Source of the DNA: Zygnema circumcarinatum SAG 698-1b
Lineage: Eukaryota > Plantae > Zygnematophyceae
DNA length: 64,000 bases
Assembly: GCA_037447605.1 (NCBI GenBank)
Contig: CM074806.1
Location: forward strand, 4,774,001-4,838,000
Direction: 5' to 3'
In this document: positions 36,001 through 46,348 of the stretch, in pieces
How the letters are laid out: every line of letters begins with the position of its first letter
Position numbering within the stretch: the stretch's first letter is position 1
Program-made: the position numbers and the translations under genes
Notes under the pieces: generated by a model
Told to the model about the DNA's origin: nothing
Database searches by the model: none
The model's input: the letters and a program-made list of their open reading frames with translations, nothing else

Positions 36001-39000
36001 ATGGGAGGAAGCAAGAACCATGCCGCGTCCAAGAATGCAGGAGAAGCGCCCATTCCTTTGGGGAGAAGGCCGAAGCTCCCTCCAAGGGGGCTCGGCAGTG
36101 CGGGGACTTCTCCGAAGAAGACGCCGCGGCAGACTCCCCGGAACTCGCCCCGTCATAGTCCTCGCACCTCGCCACGTGTCACTCCGGGAGGGTCGCCTCG
36201 CTCCTCCTCTCCTCTCAGGAAGTGTCCGCCCATTCCAGAGGGTCCTCAGGAGGAGGAGGGAGAAGGAGCGGTTGAGGCTCGTGTAGAGGATGTGGGTGGA
36301 AGTCTGCAGGAAGGAGGAGCAGACCCGCAAGGAGGAGAGGTGAGAAGAGAGGCGGACTGCATTGACTCTGATGGTAAGTCGGAATCAGGGTTGGAAATTG
36401 AGGGAAGGGAGGGAATGTTGAAGGAGCGCGAGAGAATTGGTGGAGGGCTGCAAGATTGCAACTTGACAGGCATGGAGGATAGCTGTCCTCCGCTGATGGA
36501 GCAAGCCTCAATATCGGAGCTCGCAGTGTTGAGGTCTGAGCAGGTAGAAGCCATGGTTGGTGCTGCTATAGAAGGTGGAGCGGTAGAGAGTACGCCTCCG
36601 GTGTTGCGAAGTACAAGTTCTGTCGTTGGTGCGTCACCAACAATGTCGCCCATCCTTCCTTCTCCGTCTAGCACATGGTTGCACTCGCGGGAGGATAGTC
36701 GCTCGCGTTCCATTTCTCGAGCATCATCAGGAGATATTTCGAGTCCCTTTCATTGGCAGAAATCGCCTCTTTCAGCATCTTCGCCTTACATAGGAACATC
36801 TGGAAAGGCAGTCACGGCTGATTCACCATCTTTAAACAGAGGAGCGGCATCGTCTAGGCTAACATTCATGGGTTCAGAGCAGTCAGGGAAAGGGAATCAT
36901 AACTCGCGAAATGAAGGGCTCTTGCAAGACTCTCCGAGTACCTCCCTTCCAGAATTGCAGGAGTCACGTTTGCGCCGGAGGGATGACGTCTTGCGCAGAA
37001 GTAAAAGTTCTAGTGCTAAGGAAGCATCAGGTAGCGGTTTACTTCTTTCAGGAAAGCAGACTTCTCCATTGAGGAAGATGCATGTTAAACGGCGGAAGCC
37101 AAGGCGGACCCTTTTTGAGTTTTTGGGCATTGGGAGGGGTTGCGCATGCGGAATGTCGCCTGGTCTGCTCCCAATTTCACCTGTGCGAGAATTTCCTAAA
37201 GTGAACCCTCATACAGTTGTAGCTGGAAAGACAGAGACAGAAGCGAATTGGAATGCAAGGAAGGGTGAGAAAAGTGTCTTGAAGCAAAGCAAAGCAAAGC
37301 AGCAGGACTCGTCTTTGTCTATTGATGGCGCGATGGCAAGGGGGGAGCTCACAGCCAATTCAATGGGCTCGCCTTCCGTGAATGGGCCGGATATGTGGCT
37401 AGATGGGGATACGGATACAGAATCGCTATGCAGTGACAAGCTGATGGACCCTAGGAGGTATACTCCGATAAACAGCGTATTGGACGCAAGAATGAACGAT
37501 ATCACTAGTGAAGAGACAGGTCGAACGCAGCAGCTTGGCCCTCTTTCCTTGTTGAATGGTGGGAGTTTCGATACCGGCAGTGAGGCAACGGTGATATCTG
37601 CTTTTCTTGGCGGGAGAGAGGCTGCCAATACAAGTGATGACCCATGGGAAAGCTCCTCTGGTGTGAGCAGAAACGAAGAAGTATGGGAAATTCGCTCCGT
37701 GGGGGCCGTTAGTGATGAAGAGCAGGCATGGGAAGTTGGGTCTGTTGTGAGCAAAGTGGAAGACCAGTGGGAGATTCACACTGTGGTGGGTCTTCCCGAG
37801 GGGGGCATTTGGGACGAGCAGGTGGAAGGCATGAAGACGCAGTGGGAGGACAATAAGACGCCGGAGGGTAAGGAAGCGCAGATTGCGAAGTTTGAAGTTG
37901 ATGGGAGCGTGCCATTAACAATCGTAAATGAAACCTGGGATGGGTCGGAAACAAGCCGCTGTGAAGATGCTTGGGAAGTGAATACGTGGGATGTGCTTTC
38001 ATGCCAAAGTGGGTTGGAGGATGGTATGGAGCCCATGAGTAGTAATGGCTTCAGATCGGAGGTGCAGGGGGATTGGGTAGAGGCACCCTCGACTCCTGTG
38101 AAGCAGAGTATTGCGATGTGGGAGCGTCTTTCAGCAAAGGCTGAATTGAAGTGGGCAGGGCATAGTCGGGAAAGCAGTGCTGACAGTGCAAGCGGATTGG
38201 TGGCCTGGCCAGCTTCGAGATTGCAGTCAAGGAGGGAACAGGAAGGGGGCCTTGCAAGGGGTGGAGACATAGTGAGAGGTGGGGGAGGGATAAGTGAGCC
38301 GGTCCTGCAATCAGCCAACAAGGGAGAAGGTATCGCACGTAAAGCGGTCAACCAATTTATTGCAGCTCCTTGTAACTGGCCCTGTGTAACAGAATTGCAG
38401 ACTGAATCTGTAGCGCAACACGAGAATATACGCAGTGGTACAGAGCAATCCGGATTTCTTCCTGTCGATAAGGAGACACCAGTTGTACAGGTTGCTGGAG
38501 ACGAAATTAGAGAAGAAGCGGCAGATGGTAAGGCCTTGCCTGATGACAGACTGAAGCTCATTACTGTGAAGGAAGCGATAGTTGGAGTTCAGGAAACTGA
38601 TGCAGTGGGAGTTGAAGGCAGGTGCGAGAAAGACACGAATGCAAAGCAGAGTGAGAAGGAGAACGGGGCTCTTGAAAACAGCTCGAATTCGCTGTTTTAC
38701 GAGGAGAAGGCTTCAGTGGAGTTTCTATCTCAACCGAACTCCTTAATGGAGGGGTTAGAGGCCGTATCTGTGAATAAGGGCTCAGGGGATCGTGAGGGAA
38801 ATGAGATAGCTGCAGTTGCTAAGACAGTGAAATTGTCAGGTACAGAAAGTTCAGACGATGCAAAGGCTTGCAATCATGGCAGTAGCAGCAAGACGCAGAG
38901 TTCGGGCAAGATGGAGGGGGTAGTGGAGCAGCACATTTCCATTCTACCAATCTCTCGAGGTACGACAAAAGGTATTGGAAGAGGTCGCCTTCCCTTTTGT

Positions 39001-42000
39001 CCTGCAGGGACGGCAGCTGATTGGAGCATGCAGGGCTCTGTTCCGAAGTCCTTTGTAGGTGGGCAGGAATCTGCTGCCCACTCTCTTATTCTAAAAGGTG
39101 CTGCGATTGAGGATGGGAGAACGGCAGGAGTAGAGGAGAATCATGCCGATGCAGAAGTACTAAGAGCATCGATTGAACGTGTCGCCATGTCGAAGGTCGA
39201 GCTTGATGGATTTGAAACACATATGGAGGCGAAATTTCTGGACAAAAGTTCACAGTCAGAGGGACCCTCCTCTGCTTTGCCACAGGTGGGTCAGACTGAG
39301 GGTGTAGAAGCCCCTTTTTCAGAAGAAGCAGAAGGGAATAGCATGTTCAGAAAGACACTGGAGGAACTGGGTCTGGGAGCAATGCGTCTGACAAACCCTA
39401 AAAACGGCAAAGTAGAGGCAATGTACCCTCCTGGAAGATTGGCACAGAGGGAGTTTGGCCCCATTGCACGAGCGAGGAGGAGGGTTCAGGCTTGCCGAGA
39501 CCACTGGTCATGGCTCTTTATGGAGTTTTTAGAGCTGCTTGTGAGGGGGCTCACGGGAGAGGTGGAGCAGGGGGAGGCAGAGTGGGGAGACGACAATTTA
39601 GAGGGTCTGCGAGTGGCTCGGCCAAGGAGACATGGGGGGCAGGAAAGTCCCGCGAGACTAGTAGCTGCAGCAAAACGAGAGTTTGAGTGGTTGGAGAGAA
39701 AGTTTGATGGAGTAGCTCACAGTTTGGGGGGGTTGGAGGAGGCTGCCGTTCCGGTAGTGTTCACAGCCGCCATGGCCTGTTGGCTCAAGTATTGGGAGAA
39801 TTGGGCAGGGAAACCATCCAGCTGGGGACAGATGGGAGGAGAAGAGGAGGAGAGAGACGAGGAGGAGGAGGGGGAGAGGGAGGAGGGAGTGGAGAGGGGG
39901 GCAAAGAGAGGGACGGCATTGCAACAGCGACTAGTGGAGCAGGGACTGCTTGGGGAGTTCGCCCCTGCTTCAGAAGTGGAAATCATCCGCTCTGCGGGTT
40001 TCGCCGCTGCGATCTCACAATGGCAGCCCGCTACAGCAGCCATGATTCTGCTGCGACTCCTTAGTCGACTTTCGCAGTTTAGTCAACTGGGAGGGAGTGG
40101 CAGCCATGGAAAAGCTGCGTGTGCGTTCAGACCGGCCTGCCGTACATTTGTGAGCGCGTGTTTGAACGCGTTGCTTTCCGCTCGCAGAGTGCAGATGGGA
40201 AGATCAGCTGCAGCAGATAAGACAGATAGGAGAGAGTGGGTGCCTCTGAAATTGTCGGAGTTGGCAGAAGCTGCTTTAGCGCAAGGAATTGCTGCTGCAA
40301 AGCATGCTGACCTGATGCAGAGAATGGACGAAATCGACCGTTTATATGCAAGTCTTGATGTGGGACCTGGCCTACTGGCTATGAGCCTTGCAGCAGAAAG
40401 CAGGTCCCTTCCCGGCATACATTCCGAAGACCTGCATGCTCTGAGCGTGCAGGTGAACGCTATGGGATGCTTTGAAGCTGCATTCTCTCTCGGCATTCAG
40501 GCAGTGAGGGGGGGGGCTTTGGGGCCCACCGGATTCGACCACGTGATAGCGATGGTGTTTGGAGGGAGGGGAGCTGCACCTGCAACTATGCGATTTGCTC
40601 AGTTGGCCTCCGCTGTGAAGGAGGTGCATTCTGCCTCCCCAGAAGGGTCTTCCTATATCGCCGATTTTGCAGATGCAATGCTGCGATCTCGGGAGATGCA
40701 GAAGCATCGTTGGGCTTATGAGGTGACCCTCAGTTTTGTGAGAATTCACAGCAGGAGGGGAGGGGCTCTTGCATCTGGGGAAGTGGGTCTCTGCGCACAA
40801 GTGATTCTCGCGCGCTGGTTAGCAGCCGCGAGTGAGGAGGAGAGAGCAGGAGGGTATTTGGAGATGGTGGAAGCCATGGATCATCCCGAGGAGGAGGTGG
40901 GATGGAGGATGTGGGTGTGCATTGGGAAGACTGTGGAGGAGAGGCATCGCTCGCAGATGCCGCAGCTGCTCAAATGTCTTCGAAGAAAAGCAATCTTGGG
41001 GACCTTTGAGGTGGGTGGGTGGGTTAGTCGAAGAACTCGTGTGGATAGTATTATCTGCAATCTCTACTTGTGGGACAGTATTTTGCTGTTAGCCAGCCTG
41101 CTGCTTGCAGGGGAGGATCAGATCAGAAGTAGACTCATTGCTAGCTCGAACCTGGTGAGACCACCCACTTCTTGACTTGGTTGTGTTTGTCTAAACTGAA
41201 ACTGAAACTGAAACTAACACACATAACTCGAGAAACTGAACATGAATGCCAGAAGCTGGAGGAGGACGGAAGTAGCAACGACATCGCAGCACTTGAAGCT
41301 TTTGATTGGGCGATCGGCAGTCTTCTTTTGGACCTTCCTGAGATTCAGCCGGCCGTGACTTTACTGGAAGATATAGACCCTGAGGAGGAGGATGTTGGAG
41401 ACATTCTACTCGCTATTGCAGAGCGCATGGCGGGGAGGACGTATGGGAGGTGGGCCCATGCAGATGAAACGAGCGCATTTGTGGCACAGCTGCTGCTTTT
41501 GGCAGAGCAGAAAGGTGGGTCTTGCAGGAGGACCCTTAGGACTCTTTCTTGCTCCAAAGTCTTTAGTAGAGGGTAGGGAGTGACGATGGTGCAGGGGGCG
41601 GGAGGGGACGGGTGCGGGTGGATGGAGTTGGAAAGGGACGAGAGAGAAGGATAGGGAGAGAGGAAGTGAGGGGAGGGTAGGGGACGGAGGGAGGGAGCAA
41701 TAGGTAGAAGAGAAATAAGGAGGCGGGAAGTGAGCAGGGGGAGGGAAGATGGAGAGTGAAAAACTTTGAAGAGGGAGGGACAACGGGAAAGTGTGGAAAA
41801 GACACAGGAAGTAGGAAGAGGTAGGGGGTGATGGAAGAAACTCAGCTATCAGTTGTGGAGTCCCTGGTTCACGAAGGGCATGGAAGGTATACGGAAGGTA
41901 TATCTGAGATTGAAGAGTCGACTGGAGGGTGAGCTTTGACCTGATGCTGATGATGGTACGGGTGTGGGAGAGAGGGGAGCAGGAGCCATGGATGAGCCGC

Positions 42001-42164
42001 ACCTGCAGAGGGCAGTGCAGGTGGGGCTGCGCCTATGGGGCTGGGCTATGCCCAAACCGCAGCAACTGGCGGTGATGTGCGAGGTGGGTTGCGCTGCTCC
42101 TTGTCAATTTACTGAGGGAGAGAGAAGGCACACTTCTACGCAGTCACTCTGCCTCAAGAAGTGA
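36001..42164 (+). CDS. Very large hypothetical protein (~1800 aa) with a ~1100-aa disordered N-terminal part and a helical C-terminal region
   Basis: Exon 1 spans 36001-41010 (5010 nt open, GAG|GTGGG). In-phase exons follow at 41253-41514 and 41983-42083, with a probable terminal exon from 42144. The 3' end is uncertain and no family was recognised. Confidence 0.8.
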
Positions 42165-43330
42165 GGAGTTTCGTTACCTCTCTTGAGTATTGAAGTCGAT
42201 ATGCTGTGGTTGTATGGGAACAGACAGAGGAGGAGGCGCGGGAGGTGCTGGAGAGGGCAGTCGTCGCCATGTGGCAATCTGTGGCAGTCAAAGGTGAGGA
42301 CCTAAGGCTAATAGCAAAAGGGAAAAAAAATGGCATGCCTTGATTGCTTGAATTGCTTGCGCTTCTCAGCCTTCGAAAAGTTTCGGCAGCCTTTTAATGT
42401 GCGTGATTCGTTGCGGGTTGGAAATTGGGCAGGAATGGTGCCCAGAGAAGAGGAGTCATGAAGCCAAAGGGGGGCACCTGCGTGTATTTATAGTTGAAAC
42501 AAGTTGACAAGTGAAGAAAATAATGAAAGAGCTCCACCCACCAGCTGAAACGGAGTTGGCGAAGGGTTCTGTCGACGGCGACCCACGCTTTTCCGGACAT
42601 TTTTTTAAAAGGCCGGAGGACTTATTTTACTTTGCACTTGAAAGGACGCAGCGAAGCTTGTCCTTTGTTTCAAGATAGGAGACTGGTAGGAGGTAGACGT
42701 CATGTCACATTGATGGGCATTTGCCCTCTCTTTTTGGATGTTAGTGCTATGTAAAGTTGCCTAAATTGCAAATAAATTCAACAGAGAAGAGAGATTTGCA
42801 GTGTACATGCGTGCCGGCATCGCTTGATTCATACTATCTGGACGTATGCTTTCAATTCTGCACAAGGTCATTTCTTGTTTCTTTTTTATAAATCGTTCTA
42901 TTCGGCCCTGTCGAATTTTACTATGCCTTGTGCCTTGCCTACCTTTTTTCAACATGTTGTTACCTTTCTTGGATTCTGTATATACGTATTTGAATATGCA
43001 CATGAATCCTGCTCTTTTCGCTGTCCTTATTCTAATCTTGTTACTCTCGTTTTTTCTCAAGTCATTACTCTGGATGTGCTTTATAAGCTTTGTGAGGTTT
43101 CAACTCAATATTTTCTCTGTGAAGGACCAAACAGCAAGTTGTTGGCCAAAAGACCATTGAAAAAACAAAAAGTGTTTGTGGCTGTAGACACCGGCACCAT
43201 TTTTAATTTTCGGTTTAACGGAGTTTTTCGACATGAACCTTACGCAGATGCCGTTGAAAGCGCTAATGCAAACGGTTTACCGGGTCAAACCACGTTCCAA
43301 TTTTCAGGAACATGGAGCATCTAGTAGCGG

Positions 43331-43385
43331 GCTCCCTCTCCCTCTCCCTCTCCCTCTCCCTCTCCCTCTCCCCCTCCCCCTCCCC
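43331..43385. repeat. (CTCCCT)n hexamer microsatellite
   Basis: About 8 tandem copies. The same unit occurs at ~26645 (encoding PLPLPL in the myosin tail) and at ~28900. Confidence 0.85.
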
Positions 43386-43400
43386 CACTCTCTAGAAACT

Positions 43401-44573
43401 TTAACCGTGAGAAGCAGTTAAGCCGGCCCGCAAGACGAGCTGCCGAAGACGCTCGACTTGTGCGGCGGAGACGAGGGTCCGCTGAAGCCGCCCCCTCCCC
43501 ACCGTCCCGCCCTTGAGAGCAGACAGGCTGCGGGTCCTCCCCAGCTCCCCCTCCCGCTCAGACGAAGGCCATCCTCTGCGGGGCGGGCTCTCCATGCCTC
43601 CTCGCTGCCCGCACGGAGCGTAGTCCGCGTCGCCATCATAGTAAGTCATCACCTGCACCACTTCACTGAAGGAGACCCTCCTCTGTTCCTCCTCCTCCTC
43701 CTCACCACCCTCCTCCCTACATTTTGTTGAACTCCGAGCTGCTTTTTCATCGGCTTGCCACCCCCACACCGACCTCCCCTTGACGGCGCTTCGCGGCGAG
43801 CGTTGGATAGTGACGGGGCGGCTGCTTGCCTCCTCCTCCTCCTCCTCCCTTTTCGGAGAGTCTCCCGCAGGCGAGTCCTCGCCCATGTTGGCCCAAGTGA
43901 AGTCCAACACGCTGCAGGGCGAGTCCTGTAATGGAGGGACTGGCAAATGAAGAGGAGGAGGAGGAGGGCTACACCCCTCCGGGCCGCATCCCTGTCCCCC
44001 CTCATTCCCCACTTTGAAAGTTTCGGGGTTAAAATGGCGGCTGTTATCTGCTGAGTCTTGGTCTCTTTCTGAGATCGCGCAATCGAGATATCGCGTGGGA
44101 TGTAGTCTCGGACAATCTCCTTTTGCTTCGTTTCGCCAAACGTGAGTACAATCTGAGCTTTCAGTTTCCCAATCGTGGAGAAGGAGCGAGAGCTGAAGCC
44201 CCTTCCTGCCGTTGTCGGACATGGCAATGGCTTCTCCCGTCAAGCTCCGCCCTCTTTCCCTTTCCCTCTCTCTCTCCCTCTCCCTCCCATTCAGCTTCAC
44301 CTCCGCCTCTCCCACCCCCGCCTTGTTGCAAAAGATTCCCAAAAGTGACTTTCGTCGGGAGCTCTTCCCCGAAGGGCTTCTTCTGCCTTTCAAGTCGCCA
44401 CTGCTCGCCGGAAGCTCTAGTTTTTCTCTGCCGGTGGAGTGGGAGGTGGAGGGAAAGCCCTTCCTGTGTTCGGCCATGGCCATGGCCATGGCGGGCCCCT
44501 GCTGCTGCCTCCCACGGAGCCTCTGCCACGCGCGGTGCGCCTGCGCAACAGCGCTCACAGCAACCTCCGCCAT
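43401..44573 (-). CDS. Intronless hypothetical protein (~390 aa) with an RVxF-type motif (RRVSFSEVVQV)
   Basis: Open frame from ATG 44573 (alternative ATG 44648) to TGA at 43401. Low-complexity acidic and Ser-rich, with DSPCSVLD and RRVSF motifs. Confidence 0.65.
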   Translation of the reverse strand: MAEVAVSAVAQAHRAWQRLRGRQQQGPAMAMAMAEHRKGFPSTSHSTGREKLELPASSGDLKGRRSPSGKSSRRKSLLGIFCNKAGVGEAEVKLNGRERERERERERGRSLTGEAIAMSDNGRKGLQLSLLLHDWETESSDCTHVWRNEAKGDCPRLHPTRYLDCAISERDQDSADNSRHFNPETFKVGNEGGQGCGPEGCSPPPPPLHLPVPPLQDSPCSVLDFTWANMGEDSPAGDSPKREEEEEEASSRPVTIQRSPRSAVKGRSVWGWQADEKAARSSTKCREEGGEEEEEEQRRVSFSEVVQVMTYYDGDADYAPCGQRGGMESPPRRGWPSSEREGELGRTRSLSALKGGTVGRGRLQRTLVSAAQVERLRQLVLRAGLTASHG

Positions 44574-44721
44574 GGCTGCCTCCCCGCCCCTTCCAATGTA
44601 CACCCATTTGCCGCCTGCAAAACGAATACCCCACCAAACAGTACCCATCAGAGATGGGCCATTACGCTTAAAAACCCATCCCTTGTCTGAGCCCCCCCAT
44701 GTCAATGTTTGATGGGTCCCT

Positions 44722-44752
<31 letters not shown>

Positions 44753-44762
44753 NNNNNNNNNN
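44753..44762. other. Assembly gap (10 N) flanked by poly-C
   Basis: N run between C30 and C16 tracts. Confidence 0.99.
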
Positions 44763-44785
44763 CCCCCCCCCCCCCCCCGACCCAC

Positions 44786-45328
44786 CCACTGACCGGAGGA
44801 GGCAAGCAGCCAGGCCCTAATGCGGGCGAGGGAGGCGGGGAGGTCGAGGTCGAGGGGGTCCCCCGCCGCCATGGCCACGACCTTCCAAGCGAGCCGCCCC
44901 GCGGCGCCGTCGATCACGGCGAAGGCGGCGAGGGGCCGCACGGCGTAGACCTCTCCGGGCGCCACGTGGCGGCTGGAGAGGTCGAGGACCTCGAGGACGC
45001 CGCCGTCGTAGGGGAAGCTGCGGGGCGCGCCAGCTGTCGCGTCCACGTGGCACTTCGCGGGGTCTGCGAACGTCTGTGGGAGGAAGCCGCGGTGGGCGGG
45101 GCAGGGAGGGGGGCCGCCGGGGGGGGGACGGGGACACGTGGCGACCAGGGAAAGGAGGCGGCGGCCACGGTAGAGGGGAGTGTCGTGCCAGAGGGACACG
45201 TGGCGCGGTGCTTCGAAGGAGAAGTGAGGGAGCATCGGCCATGGCGGCTCCAGAGGGGGGGGAGGAGGTAGAGGGCTAGTGGCTCCTTCGCAGGAAAGGG
45301 TGGGGTCGTTTTTAGGAGGAGAATCCAT
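44786..45328 (-). CDS. Family I soluble inorganic pyrophosphatase-like protein with a degenerate active site; true 5' and 3' ends uncertain
   Basis: VSLWHDTPL, GFLPQTFADP, VRPLAAFAVID..LAWKVVAM and LARIRAWL align by eye to eukaryotic PPase (VSPWHDIPL, GLLPQTWEDP, IKPLAALAMIDEGELDWKIVAI, LTAIRDWF). The exon ends TGG|GT next to the gap. Confidence 0.75.
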
Positions 45329-46348
45329 GGAGGATTTGCGGGGGAGGGAGGGAGGGCGGGCGGGAGGGAGGAGAGCGGAGAGCGAGAGAGGGAGCGGGGA
45401 GGGACTGAGGGGGGCGAGGGGAGAAGGAGGCGCCAGAAACGACAAGAATTCGGGGAGGTCGAGGGCTGGCTGGCCGGAAGCGAGAAGTCATCGGCAGATG
45501 CGACAAAAAATGGTTATGAAGTGGCCGTTCTGACCGACATTAAAGTGCTGAAAACTGCCAAGGCATTTGAGATTATTATTTTGTAATGTGCCTAAAAGAC
45601 AAAATTGTTTTGGCAGCACCGGTGACTCAGAGAAGCCGACAGGATGGAGATCTGTGCAAAGATTATGAGCGAGCCAGAAACGACAAAGAAGTACCCTATC
45701 TGGAGCGATCAGGGCGGCACTGATTCAGATATGTCGGCGCAGGGGGATGGTTCATTGCGGGAGCTTGGGTGTTGTCGACGTGGCAAGCGCACATTGAAAG
45801 AAGGGCGGGCCCTACAATGTCACCTGGAGCTGGAACTGGGAATCTGTGGAGAAAGTAGCCATGTTGTATGTGGAACTGGAACACGAGAAAACTGCGAACT
45901 GAAATGGCCTGTTACTTGTGGAGGACAGGGCACGCTTTCCCTGGCAAGAGCATGTCCATGTGCATGTGCATGTGCATGCCGAGCGAGCATGCGCTAGCAA
46001 ATTGCATTGCTTCTTGTTTTCGGCAAAAGCTTTGGGAAATCAAATAAATGTTTGGCAGGTGCGAAAAATCACTTCCCGCCAGAAGACCTTAAGATTCTTC
46101 GTTCTGCTGTCCAGGGGGCCTTTGCGCACTCCTGCACCTAAATCTGCGACAATCCAATGTTCAGAGGCCTTCGCGCATGCAGACAGACTTATTGCACCCT
46201 GAGGATCGCGCTGCCATACGTGACCAATGATATTGGCAACAGCCCAATCCTCTGCACCTGGCGCCACTCTGTTCTAAAAAAAAAAAAATGTAAAGCAAGG
46301 CGGCAAATCTCATATGCGAGGGCGCGAAGTCGGGGGCCGCCAGCAATA

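Noticed and set aside
41011-41175. Last 54 codons of the 1724-aa ORF
   Set aside because: Probably intron read-through after the GAG|GTGGG donor, since in-phase downstream exons exist.
44649-44789. Poly-Gly N-terminus of ORF 43401-44789
   Set aside because: Artefact of translating through the poly-C tract and N gap.
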